Both the position numbers and the translations under genes were made by a program. From the NCBI GenBank assembly GCA_907165135.1, contig OU015567.1:8060001-8124000 (forward strand): 64,000 nucleotides of DNA, written 5' to 3'. This DNA comes from Oikopleura dioica (lineage: Eukaryota > Animalia > Chordata). The notes beneath the pieces were generated by a model. The model searched no databases, was not told where the DNA came from, and was given only the letters and a program-made list of their open reading frames with translations. Shown here in pieces: positions 37,575-49,449 of this stretch. Each line of letters starts with the position of its first letter. Position 1 is the stretch's first letter.

Positions 37575-40500
37575 GATATTTACAAGTCGTCATGTTTGGG
37601 AGAAATTTCTGGCCGCAGATACGCTTTCTTCGTGTACAGATCCCGGAAGAACAGTGGTGGGCGAGTCGCTGGAATCTAATAAACAATTTAAGGAATGCTG
37701 ATGAATGATAGTTGTGGTACCTTATTGGTAAGAGCATCGTTGATGACCCGACCAGAGTCTGAGGCAAAGACAAACTTTTCTCGCGATGGAGGACGGGCTC
37801 GCATCGTTGAATCGAATAGAAGATTTTCTCGTAGATATATAAATCGCTCAGAGCCTTCGAGTACATACGCTAAAAACATGATGTAAACAAGTGGAAACGA
37901 TCAAGATCACAATAACTTATTGTCAATAAGATATTTTGTCTGTCTCTCTTGAAATACACCGCGTAGAACAACACTTACTTCCTATCGAGTTTCTCAGTGA
38001 TGGTTGCCCATGGCGCGTGACGAGATTTAATGATCGACTGAAATTACTGTTAGGCTCAAATAAAACCTTGAAGGAAACCTGGGGAGTGCCGTGTTAATCA
38101 TCCTGCAGTCAAATGTTCTCAATCGCGTGGTCGAGCTGTCCAAATGAGTCGCTTTATGCACATGGTGAATATCTAAAAAGCGCGAATAGAATTAGGCAAT
38201 TTGAAATGACTATACCTTTATAATGCTTATTGGAGTAGTCCTCTTTCTTATTTTGCTGATTGTAAAATCTTAGAGCCGGGTTAGCATTTGTCGCCCCGCG
38301 ATGAGCTCGTTTCGTCGACCATTGCTATTTTTGATAACTCTCTTGTAGCAGTATTGAGAAACTTACGTGATTCTTGTACTGCGGCTTGTTACTTCGAAAA
38401 GGAAGACCATTCTGGCTGGCGATAGAGGCCATTTCCCGCATCGAATTCTCATCCGTCTCTTGCTGATTCTGCTGGGCTCGATTCAACCGGTACTTGTTCG
38501 CACCGAATCGTTTCGAATTCTGCGGCCAGGAAGAGCTACTCTGCCAGTTGACGCTACTGCGCCCTGAATATACAACGATAGAATTAATCGACATAACTAG
38601 GGGGTGCACAGTGGGAAAATCGATTTTTTTATCATCCTCTTAAAGGGATGAATGATACATCGATGGAAAGCCTGAGATCCACTGATCATTTTAACATGTG
38701 ACTTGAGGTCATCGAAGGTCACGTGAGGTCACCTGAGGTCAAAATGCCATTTTTCTCAAACCCGATTTATATCAGGGTTTTTATGCATGAAATTGATCGC
38801 TGATGATCACTGATCATTTTCATCATCATAAAAACCCCTTAAAATTACCGATTTATATCAGGGTTTTTATGCATGAAATTGATCGCTGATGATCACTGAT
38901 CATTTTCATCATCATAAAAACCCCTTAAAATTAAAAATGAAGGAACGGGGCTGAAACGGCCCGAAGGGCCGTCAAGCCCCTTAAAATTAAAAATGAAGGA
39001 ACGGGGCTGAAACGGCCCGAAGGGCCGTCAAGCCCCTTAAAATTAAAAATGAAGGAACGGGGCTGAAACGGCCCGAAGGGCCGTCAAGCCCTTAAAATTA
39101 AAAATGAAGGAACGGGGCTGAAACGGCCCGAAGGGCCGTCAAGCCCTTAAAATTAAAAATGAAGGAACGGGGCTGAAACGGCCCGAAGGGCCGTCAAGCC
39201 CTTAAAATTAAAAATGAAGGAACGGGGCTGAAACGGCCCGAAGGGCCGTCAAGCCCTTAAAATTAAAAATGAAGGAACGGGGCTGAAACGGCCCGAAGGG
39301 CCGTCAAGCCCTTAAAATTAAAAATGAAGGAACGGGGCTGAAACGGCCCGAAGGGCCGTCAAGCCCCTTAAAATTAAAAATGAAGGAACGGGGCTGAAAC
39401 GGCCCGAAGGGCCGTCAAGCCCTTAAAATTAAAAATGAAGGAACGGGGCTGAAACGGCCCGAAGGGCCGTCAAGCCTTAAAATTAAAAATGAAGGAATGG
39501 GGCTGAAACGGCTCGAAATTAAAAATTTGTCGAAAATTTTCTCCTTCCAGGAGCACTCTTCCACCAGAAAAGTCCTCCGGAGGACAAAAAAAGACTCACC
39601 CTAGATCACATGATCAGTGTTGATCATTTTTTTTGGAAAAAACGGCTTGAAAAAAAAATGTCATCGTCGGGATTCGAACGCCCACCCTTGGCCAAAAGTG
39701 AAGGATTTTGACAGAAAATCGGCTCTAGAATTTTTTCCTCACGAGACCACAAGATCATATGACTATCACTTGAAAGCGCTTGATTTGCTCTTTTATATGG
39801 TGGAAAATTACGAGGTAACCTTTTGGCACTTTTTTTCTACAGGCAAAAGTATGTTTTGTCTACCCTTGTCACGTGATTTTAGGGGTGAAAATGTGCTTTT
39901 TGGGTTTTCTTGTAATGAAACTAAATGATCCTTAGATAAAAACCAATCTATTTGTAAGGTTACAATATAGATACATGTACTATTAAATTTGCCGATTTTC
40001 CCACTGTGCACCCCCTAGACATAACAAAAGGCCCGTTCAAGTTTACCCAAAACATATGCTTTTGACCATTAAGAAGCGCTAAAGAGTGAGTTGAATTTAC
40101 CTAGATTAGTACGACTTGTATCGGTCAGTACGTTTGTGATTGGAGAAGTTTGACGATTGAGATTATTCAAGGACACTCGTTTTCCATCCTTCTTCTTTGT
40201 TCGTCGTCCTTCTCCTACTTTGGCTAGCGCGCACTTTTAACGGTTATAAAAATCTCACAATATAAGAAGTAAATATGGAAGTTCCGTAATGGAGATTTCT
40301 TGCTGGGAGCGATGGGAAAGGTTACGTCAACCAGACTGACAGTTGACAGCAAGTACTCTGAGTACAGATGACATCTGTGAAAACCGATCATCCTTCCTAG
40401 AACTTTCCTATATTACTGCAGATTGCTGTAACATCGTTATGTCAAAAACGTAAAACAAAAATGAAGGAAGTTTTCAAAGCCGTTTCCTTAACCACCTCGC

Positions 40501-40720
40501 GCCCTGCCATGCCGCTTAGAACTGATTTTCATCCTTCATCTGATAAACAACTTATCAGCTGTTCTAGAGATTCTCTTATTTATTGAGTAATAAATTCTAA
40601 ATTCACCGATTCGAGCCTTTATAAGAGCCCGTTTCCATAAATGCCGCCGGATGATCGAGAAGTGACGTATTTTGATGGACATTCATGAGGCCGTTGGATT
40701 TTCTGTGGGTGGAATCGAAG
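37575..40720 (-). CDS. Uncharacterised multi-exon gene upstream of SCO1; exon chain only partly resolved
   Basis: Open exon-like blocks with splice signals: AKVGEGRRTKKKDGKRVSLNNL, GRSSVNWQ...YKNH|gt, YVLEGSERFIYLRENLLFD...LTNK|gt, IPATRPPLFFRDLYTKKAYLRPEISPKHDDL*. No family recognised. Confidence 0.5.
38598..40017. mobile_element. Non-autonomous hAT-type transposon (1420 bp), intronic
   Basis: 25-bp perfect TIR TAGGGGGTGCACAGTGGGAAAATCG; 8-bp TSD GACATAAC (38590-38597, 40018-40025); internal tandem repeats; no transposase. Confidence 0.92.
38922..39520. repeat. Minisatellite: 10 full and 1 partial copy of a 55-57 bp unit carrying a GC hairpin
   Basis: Unit CCTTAAAATTAAAAATGAAGGAACGGGGCTGAAACGGCCCGAAGGGCCGTCAAGC(C/CC); length varies only in the C run. 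A duplicated segment of about 80-90 bp precedes it (about 38760-38930). Confidence 0.97.
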
Positions 40721-41048
40721 TATTGGTGGCATTTTGTAGAGGGCTGAGTATGAGAGGATTCTTTAATTTATAATTGTGAACAAGCGATAAAGCAAGATTT
40801 TCCAATGTTAATAACAAATAAATTAAAGGGGTATATAATCCCCCATCAATGATAGGCTATTATCGATTATATTTTTTATTATAAATTTTATACTTTAAAG
40901 TATGAATCCCATATGTAAAAACCATTTCCATCGGGGTGTCAAAGAACTGTTTTTGTAGTAGAGCTTGGAATGGCTTTTTGTCGATTTTTATGGTTCGTAT
41001 GAATCACCATTATATCTCACCGTAGAACCGGTTCAACCCGGACCAACT

Positions 41049-43624
41049 TTAGTGTCTTTGACAGAATTGTAGGTCAAGATATAATCTCCAGAGCCCTTCC
41101 TTTACGATTATCGTCAGTAAAGAAAGAAGCTGACATGCGCATGCCGTAGAAGCACGAACCCAGAAGATCGACATAGAACCATTAGCTATGAAAGAAAAGT
41201 CAAATAATGCAAATTCTACTTCAAACATACGACAACATGCCTTGATAGGTTAGTTATATACTATCGATACAACATACCAATATGGTCCATTTGGTCCGTA
41301 CGAAATCTTTCAGATGCGGCGGGGTCGAACCAGTTTGTCAAAGTAACCATCATATAGAACGAGCCGCATATAAATACAAAGTGCAAATGCCAGTATGTAT
41401 ACTTGAAGCTGTTCTTTTCATCGTCAATGTAAGGCGCATAAATTTCCTCCGGTGTCTTCGGTCTGAATCGGATTCTCTTACTTGCTTTAAGAGTCGAAAT
41501 TGTACCTTGAGACACATCTGTTTGAGCAATCCAAAAACATTGGGCGCGATGGAATCGTCAGGAACTCATTGAACTTTGCAACATTTATCACAGAGCTGTA
41601 GCAACCGGATAGTACCGCTATGAAGATGGAGAACCATTTGACAATATTTTCGATTTCGAAGACGAGTGCTTCCTCTGCAGAAACAGTTCTCGCGCCAAAG
41701 AAACTTTCATTCGGACTGATGTAACCCGATGAACGAGACGGATTCTTTTTAGAGATGCAGTGGAAATTCTAGTTAAAAGGGGCTGGATTATAAGCCTTTA
41801 TCAGTCTTTGTCTAAGAGAATTTTCTGTCTGGCCTTCAGACACAATATATCTGTTAAAATCGTTTATGAATCACAGCCGTAGACAAAATTACATGTTCGC
41901 GTCGACCAGTGCACCGATCCTGTTGGCTTAATATTTTCTCAACGAAGGTGAAATCCCGGCAGGACTCAGACTTATCCTTATTCGGATAGGAGTTGAGACT
42001 TGTACCAACCAGAAATGTTACGTAAAGGGTGAGAAGTGACGATTGTAAAACACTTAGACGAGTTCAAATGAGTTATGCTTGCGAAATCGCGATATTTTCA
42101 TTTCTGGGTTGTTATCTGCCCAGGAAGCAGGTTATCCCTGAGGAGACAGGCATATGATTTGCCGCATATCCTCTCTATCGCAGACTCGAAGTGGAGTCTT
42201 CTCGAATGGTTTAGACAAGGTTAAGTTCTCACTTTTACGCAACAATGTACGTCTGACTTAGTAATTTTCATAACTCTCTATGGATTTTTCCGCTAATATT
42301 TCGAACTCATGGCCAGATGAGGAAGTTTTCCTAAAAAAGAAATATCAGACTAATAAAATCTATAAGATCGCCCTTACGATAGATATAAGAAAGAAACTAA
42401 GACGGAAACCAGACTTAACGTCGCGTTTACTCCGAATATAGTCGCGTTGTAGACACAAGTCCTTCCGTCGGAGCTTTTTGTGAAGATGTGGAACATCAGA
42501 ACGTACGCACAAATGGAGATCCCTGGTAAAGTAATGACAAATTTCAATTATTTTTTCACGTGTTCTTTTGACGTATATTTTTATCGAACCTAGAGCGGAA
42601 ACTGAAATGGACTGAAATGAAACCAAAAAGTTCAGCGCGTTCTTTTTAAATCCTTTTCAGTCGCTAATAGCAGTAATCTCAAATGAATGACGTGAATCAC
42701 GAAGTAAGTCACTCGTTCCTGAAAAAAGGAGGGAAAGCGTCCAAATAAGAAGATTCCAGTGGTATCCGCGTTCAATAGCTGCTAGTTCCCAGCTGAGGGC
42801 AACATTTGTCGCCAAGTCATAGAGGCTTTTGGTGATTATTTCTAGGAGAAAATCGATGGCTACAGTAACCCGGATATCTCGTGCTCTGGAAGGTGTGGAT
42901 TAACTACTCCCGGTGTATATGATCATTTTCCATCAAATGTCATTAAATAATTAAAACTTTAGATTAAATCAGACGATAATCATCCCTCGAACCAGAATAA
43001 TTGAATAATTAGAAAAGCGCAACCGCCGGCGACTCCAATTATCATCAGTACATTCATCGCCGGTGAAATATTAACCTTGAACGTTGCGTACAAATTCACA
43101 AGCAAAAGGGCCGACTTCCAAAACCAAAATCCATTGTGCAGACGGGCAGAGACTGAGCGATTCGTTTTCGTGCCAACTGTTATGACGAGAAGCAAGAGAT
43201 GAAAGAATGACAAATTGAAGAAGATTCTGTAGATGCCAGCTGGAGCGGTAAGATCGTCGCAATGAAACGAAAAAGGTCTTCTGTAACCTTCCACGAATGT
43301 ATTGCAGACGAATGATGCATCGAAAAATCTAAGTGATAGACCTTTGTTAAGCTTGGCCTTGATGTACCTTTGCTTGACAATATCAGACAGAAGGAAGACA
43401 GATAAAGAAGTGAAGATGAACAATACAGAAACGTACATAAAACGAGTCCCTGTTGAAGCCTTTATAGGCCTTGTTATCGGATAAGACGACACTGCAATCA
43501 AATAGAAAATAAGATTACTCTTCCTTGATTCGAGTTGATCTTCATTCACTTATTCAATTCAAGTTTATCCGCTCCTGAAGTAGCTGGAGCAGCGAAAGTA
43601 GTCACCTCCCCAGTACCAACCCAT
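41049..43624 (-). CDS. SERINC: Serine incorporator (SERINC/TMS/TDE) membrane protein
   Basis: STGTRFMYV, GIYRIFFNLSFFHLLL, RLHNGFWFWK, GVAGGCAFLIIQL, YTYWHLHFVFICGSFYMMVTLTNW. Confidence 0.9.
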
Positions 43625-43729
43625 CGTAGACCGTGGATCGTCTTCGCCCTTCCTTTTTTGAATTTGTCTAGCTCTTTAGCGCTGATCTACTTTTACGTGG
43701 TCCGCCTATCCTTTGCGTATCAGGTAAAA

Positions 43730-43869
43730 AAGATCTTCTTTGGTCAAACCAGAGCGCCTCAAGTGAGTGCGCCCAAGAGCGCTCTCCCCAAATCATACTT
43801 CGGCAGCAGCTATAAAAAGACCGTCAGCGAGACTAGAAGGCATAACAAAACAACCACAAAAACATAAAA
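43730..43869 (+). promoter_or_regulatory. TATA-containing promoter/5' leader of the peptide gene, conserved in copy A (35497-35645, minus strand)
   Basis: CAGGTAAAAAAGATC...GAGCGCCTCAAGTGAGTG...GAGCGCTCTC...AAATCATACTT...CTATAAAAA (43810-43818) is retained in both copies. Confidence 0.6.
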
Positions 43870-44097
43870 ATGAACTTCCTCGCTCTCATCTTCGCTCTTA
43901 TGCAAATCACAACCGCCTCTCGAATAATCACTAAATCATCTGTTTGCAACTTCGATGTCTGCAACAAATGCGACGAAGTCGTCTCCCAAAACCGACCTAG
44001 TTTCCAAAAAACCGTCATGAAATGCAAGATCATTCTCAACCCAGAATTGAACTGCTGCAACGCATATCTCCGACCCAGCAACTCAATCATTTACTAA
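43870..44097 (+). CDS. Secreted six-cysteine peptide, copy B (75 aa, single exon)
   Basis: MNFLALIFALMQITTA signal-like peptide; SVCNFDVCNKCDEVV...KCKIILNPELNCCNAY. Intact ORF. Confidence 0.82.
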   Translation: MNFLALIFALMQITTASRIITKSSVCNFDVCNKCDEVVSQNRPSFQKTVMKCKIILNPELNCCNAYLRPSNSIIY

Positions 44098-44354
44098 ACA
44101 ATCTACAAAACTGATTCTTTCACTTAACACTCTCCTTTCAATCATTGTACATTTACTTTCAAACATTCCGAATCAAATACAATCTCCTGATTATTCAAAA
44201 ATTACCTTTTGTCATTCTTTCTTCAAGCAAAACTCCTAGCACTTAAAATTCAATCTAAAACAGTTTGAATTAAAAAAATGAAAGAGTTAAATGAGGCAGT
44301 GTTACAACATAAATGTGAGTTCTGTGACAGTGAGAAAAACATGTAGATAGGCTC

Positions 44355-47300
44355 CTAGTTTCTGTCCTGAAGCTTTTTGATCATTTCACGAGCTTCTTCG
44401 AGGTATTCTTTCTTGCAGCTTGATGAGCCGCGCCCAATTGCCAGTGCCCTGAGAAAATTTAGTGTGTGTTAGCAAACTTGAAATAAAACATGAAGAGTTT
44501 TAATCCCAAAAATGATCACTGCAAAAATTTGCAATACGTCACAGTGTGACTGTCATATACCGGTTATATCATGAGACGATTGTATCTGTTAAAATTTTCT
44601 CATTCTATTTTAGGTGAAATCATGGAAGAATCAGCGAATCATTCGTCCAAAATTTGAATTTTAGGTCTATGACATTTCATCCCGGGTCTTAAAATGTGCC
44701 TTGTTGTCTATTCTTTTGGGCATTTCACAGTGCTTCTCAATGATTATAGATTTGAAAAAAAAATCCAAATCATACTGATGACGCTTGCGCTCGGTGACTC
44801 GTCGATTTACCTGGCGAGCACTAGAAGTTGATGAAGCTCTTTTACTCCTAGTTTTTCGTTCGCGCGTCTGGACTCAATTATAAAGTTCTGGACCATTTGC
44901 TCGTCTCCTACTTCGTAAGGACTTGATCTGCAAGAAACAAGGTACGATCGGATTTTTGCTAAAGATAATCAAGATATGTCTAATTTGTTTGTACATTACC
45001 GTAGATACAGGAGCCCCGGGCAGTATCGAGCAATCGCTGAAAGTACTCTTCAATGTTCAAGTCAATGTCTGATTTCACCAAAACGGAGTAATCTAAAGTT
45101 GTTCACTTGGTCGAGCGAAAAAACGGAAGCGCTCCTTACCAAACGGAAGCAAAGGCTTTCCCTTAGAGATGACAAGGCAATTTGAATCAACTTCAAAGTC
45201 CTTCTTGTAGAACTGGTAGTCGAATTCAAGTTTTTGTTCTTCCGAGGGTCTCGTTTGGAAAATCATTATTAAAAAAAACCGTGAGAAAACCGTTCCTTCA
45301 ATTAAAAGCTTGAGGGTTTCAATATTTTTCATTCCAACTTGCGTCAAATTTCCAGCGCTTATGCCACATTCATTTAGGACCATCAGTGTTCCAGGCTTTT
45401 TAACGGATAAAAACGCACAGTATTTATACTTTCAATTTGCTTCTGTTGATTTTTAGGGCTTCCTGGATCTCTCCTGGATTTTTCACTTTTTTCAATCTCT
45501 CGGAAAATTACTTCGTCCTAGTCTAGGACTCCTAGACCTTCCGTTACCCGAGAAAGGCGTTTAAAAATGAAAAATGCTGGATTTCATTCAAAATTTTCCC
45601 TCAAAGCGGGTGTCGATGCGGGGGAATGGCATTTTTGCCTTCGCTAAGGAGCTTTTTCAGTGGAAAAGAAAGCATTTCCAGTCAAAAGGCTCCTATTTTT
45701 CGTTTCAATGGTAATGGAATATTAACTGCTAGACAGTCCTGCACCTTTGAGATATGAGCTAAGGTCGGTCCGCGATCCTGGGTAGAAATATCAGAATGAA
45801 GTAGCTCCTCATCCTCGTAGTTCTTCGTCGGCGCCAATGGTCGCTTATTGAGGTAATCGATTGAGAGAGGTAGTGTGGTGAGTGATGGAACAATTTCTTT
45901 GAGAACTCTTTCGATGCCAATGAAACAGCTTTCGCAATCTTAAGTTGGGCTTACTAGAAGATTAATAGAAGACGTACGATGAATAGTTGCGATTTTTATG
46001 TATGGGATTCTGATGTTGTCATAAATGTTTGATTTTGATTTGGCTCGATAGACTAAAGTCCGTGATAATTATATTATCTATATTAAATATAGATAATATA
46101 TTATATTATATTTAGCTATGCTTATCACGTTCAATTAGGGTCACGTTTTTAAGCTACATAGGGAAATTGATAAGTCGTATACGTTCGTAAGTCTATCCAC
46201 GAGAAATTTACGTGAGCTCGCGTCTAGAGTTTCCAAGAACACCTTCCACAGTTTTGTCTATTTAATTTAGTTGAGCAGACAGTTATAGATAACTAAATGG
46301 AAACGTTTTGAAAAAATAATTGTTTTATCATCCTCGTTATGGAATTGAATTTATTTGCCAGGTGAGGAGCGTAAATTGAAAATACATCTTTTTCGGTAGA
46401 CGTAGAATCGGATGAATTGCCATAATAAGAATTGATTTATTCTAAGCCTTTCCTGCTGTATCCTTTAGATTCAAATTCAGTGTTATTGGCCCTAGAATGA
46501 CTTCAGCTCTGCGCATGTAAATCGATGAGACAAGTGAGCAAAGCAAAAACTTCGCAGCAAAACGATCTCCCAACAGCGTTTGTGACAGCAATCCTAAAGT
46601 GTCTTCGAAGAGCGTTTCCTTTGGAGGCAATTCATTTTCGTCGGCCAAACTTTTTGGCCCAGTCTGTTTGGCTTCGATCACGTGAAGGCTTCCAGAATTT
46701 CTTTGAACAGGGTCTCTTTCAGAAGAACTTTGAAAATGAATTCGAAAAAGAGGCAACTCGATTAATCCATAATTTATTTATGCTACGTAAAAGACGTTTC
46801 CTGTCATCCTCAGATGGGTAAAATATCGCACGAACATGATAAACCGTAAGCACTTTGAGAGGCACATCCGCATACATCTTCAGCACGAATTTGGAATCCT
46901 TGCTGAACTCGAGCTTGTCGTCGTTGTGCGATTCTTCCGATTTTGAATTGTACATTTTCTGCCATCGAACTTCCGCCCATTCAGTGTCATTATTGGGAAT
47001 GCGAGCGAGGTAGCAATTTCGGTCACGGGCGTTTTCGAAGTTTGTTTCTTCTACTCTCTCGCAATTTTCTAAACTTCTGCGTTAACATTTCGAAAATACA
47101 GAATGGAGTAGAACTAGGCTTGACGGCAGGTTCCTCGAAAGGTAATACGTTGTGCTTACAGTAATCAAATTTTCCGAATTTTCCTTCAGCGAAATATTTG
47201 CGTTATATATATACGCTCGTCCGAGCAGTCGATAATAATTAACATCCGCTATCGTCATTATAAGGGGATCGAGGTTTTTTCGTGGAAAATAAGCTTCCGT

Positions 47301-47831
47301 CGATTATCCTGTATCTCCTAATATTGACGATAACGGAGGTTAATTATCATCGCTGAACGAAATTCCTCGAAGATTTTTGCGAAAATTTGGATAGGTGTAA
47401 TTTCAAATATGGTCAAGCTCACGAATCGGATATCATCAAATACGGTCAGAAGAAGATCGATCATCAAGGCCTGAGAAAACAATACCTGGTATGTCCACTG
47501 ATTCACGAAAAGCGGTAACGCACTCTATTCTCTCTCCTGTCGTTTTATCTTTGAATGTGAGCGTTGGAAAGAAGATCTCCTGGTCAATATGGTCGATGAT
47601 TAAAAACCTGGTCGAGATAAATTGACCAGAAGAGGTATTTTTGTTCAACGGTGGGGGCCGAGCGCTCTCTGGAATTTCGGAATGCAAAATTGAAATTTCT
47701 AACTGCTGGAATCTAGTCTTGCTTGGAACTAACATTTCCATCCGCTTTCCTAATCCTTTGAACAAGAGACTCACATCTTTCGTCCAGCTTTCCGAGTTGA
47801 AAAGCTGCGGCTCGTTCGGCAGAAGCATCAT
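44355..47831 (-). CDS. MCMBP: Mini-chromosome maintenance complex-binding protein
   Basis: STRFLIIDHIDQEIF, LLGDRFAAKFLLCSLVSSIYMR, LPLSIDYLNKRPLAPTKNYE, QKLEFDYQFYKKDFEVDSNCLVISKGKPLLP, ELHQLLVLAR. Confidence 0.88.
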
Positions 47832-47954
47832 TTTTTAAACGAATTCTCTTTCTTGATTGCAAGGTTTAATTTCAAACTTAGAAATTGCAGACGAAAATTT
47901 CGTCACGAAATCATTCAGCGTTGGCAGTTAAAGTCAGTTTTCAAATCTAGAGTT

Positions 47955-49341
47955 TCAGTTAGCAGCGGTCTCGGATGACTGTTGCACGGGGAGATACAGT
48001 TTGAACTCGGCTGGCAGCTCATCTTCAGAATACAGCCGGTCGGAGAAATAAATGCTGAATGAGTTCTTTATAAAGATTTGGAAAAGAAGACTTACCGTCT
48101 AAGTCTGCAGGAGGAATGAATCGTTATTCTATCAGTACATTTGTATTCTGTCAATTTGATCAATTATCATTTTTTCGTCATAGAAAAACCATCAAATCTG
48201 GGAAAAATATTAGAAAAAACGGCGCTTCTATGGTTTTTTTCATAATCAAAATTTGCAATCCTAAAATAGCATGTTTCCTTCGATTTTTAAACGATTCCGT
48301 CAATCTTAAAATCTGCACCACAAGCTGTCTTTCCACTAGTTTTCGGAGGGCAGACAAATGAGATTCTTAATTTAAAGAAAGAATAACCGTCTATATTCTT
48401 AAAAATTGTGTAAGATTGCATAAGTTTTCAATTTCAAATATAAAAAGAATCTCCTTTGTCTACCCACGGAAAACCTGCAGAAATTAAGCTTGTGGTGCAG
48501 ACTTTCGAATTGACGGAATAATTTGAATGACCTTTTCCTGTTCCATACGCTCTTTTGCAAAAATCCTTCAAGTTGATGCAAATCTGATTCCATCCATCGT
48601 CCATCCTCAGGGGCATCGTGCAAATAAACGGTTTTATCCGAGTCGCTAGAATTTTCATTCTCAAGTTTTGAAAATATTTCTGAAGATTACTTGATTGATA
48701 ATTTGACGATCGAAAGCGCCTGGTTATATTCTTGTCGTCGGTGATTTGAATCTCAAAAGAAAAGTATTTTTCATATTCTTCACTACTAGAATTATGTAGG
48801 GCAAAGTAATTCCCAAATTGTCGGAAGCATTGGTCGGACAACTGATGTAGGTTTCGGCTAGTTTTTCGGAGTCGATTTCGATCACGGAGGAGGAAATATC
48901 GTTGTCGCCAACTCGTTTTACGTGCCCTAGAATTAAGTCTTCAGTAATGAGCCCATATTTCAAGAGTCAAGATGTGATTGCATCAATTAAGGGCAACCCG
49001 CTCACGGAGATTTCATCGCTTCTCGCCGCCATCTCAAACTCTAAAGTCAGTTTTTTTCTACATAAAAAGGCTCGAGTCCATAAGGTCACGTGTCTAGACT
49101 CTGTACGTATGAGAAGTAGCTTTTTATGGAAAATCTAGAGTCATGTTACATCTTGTAACTTACATATAGAAACCCGCGTGAGAGGCATTACAACTAGAGT
49201 TATAGATATCCCAATGATTATAGATCAGCATGATTTGTCCTACTCACCCTGGTCAACATTTATATCCCACAGCTGCAATGGTTTACTTCCAAGCGAATAT
49301 AGAACCGACAAAAATCCAGTTTGAAAGGTATTTTTGAACAT
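47955..49341 (-). CDS. CFAP20: CFAP20 (BUG22) family protein, unusually divergent
   Basis: [105 protein letters not shown]. Confidence 0.93.
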
Positions 49342-49449
49342 TCTTAAAATTCATCTCGTTAGGGTTATAAGACGGAAATTTATACACAGTAAAAGAATGA
49401 GATATCAAAGCGGATAGTATTGCACAAAAAACGCGGAAGTTGAAAAATC

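Noticed and set aside
38922-39520. CRISPR-like array of palindromic repeats
   Set aside because: The sequence between hairpins is identical in every unit (no unique spacers), there are no cas genes, and it lies inside a eukaryotic transposon. It is a minisatellite.
39661-39700. tRNA or SINE-like B box (GGGCGTTCGAATCCC on the minus strand)
   Set aside because: Only a T-arm-like fragment; no A box, D arm, anticodon arm or acceptor stem could be built.
46070-46100. Perfect 13-bp AT palindrome in an MCMBP intron
   Set aside because: Low-complexity AT sequence with no TSD and no second copy in the window.
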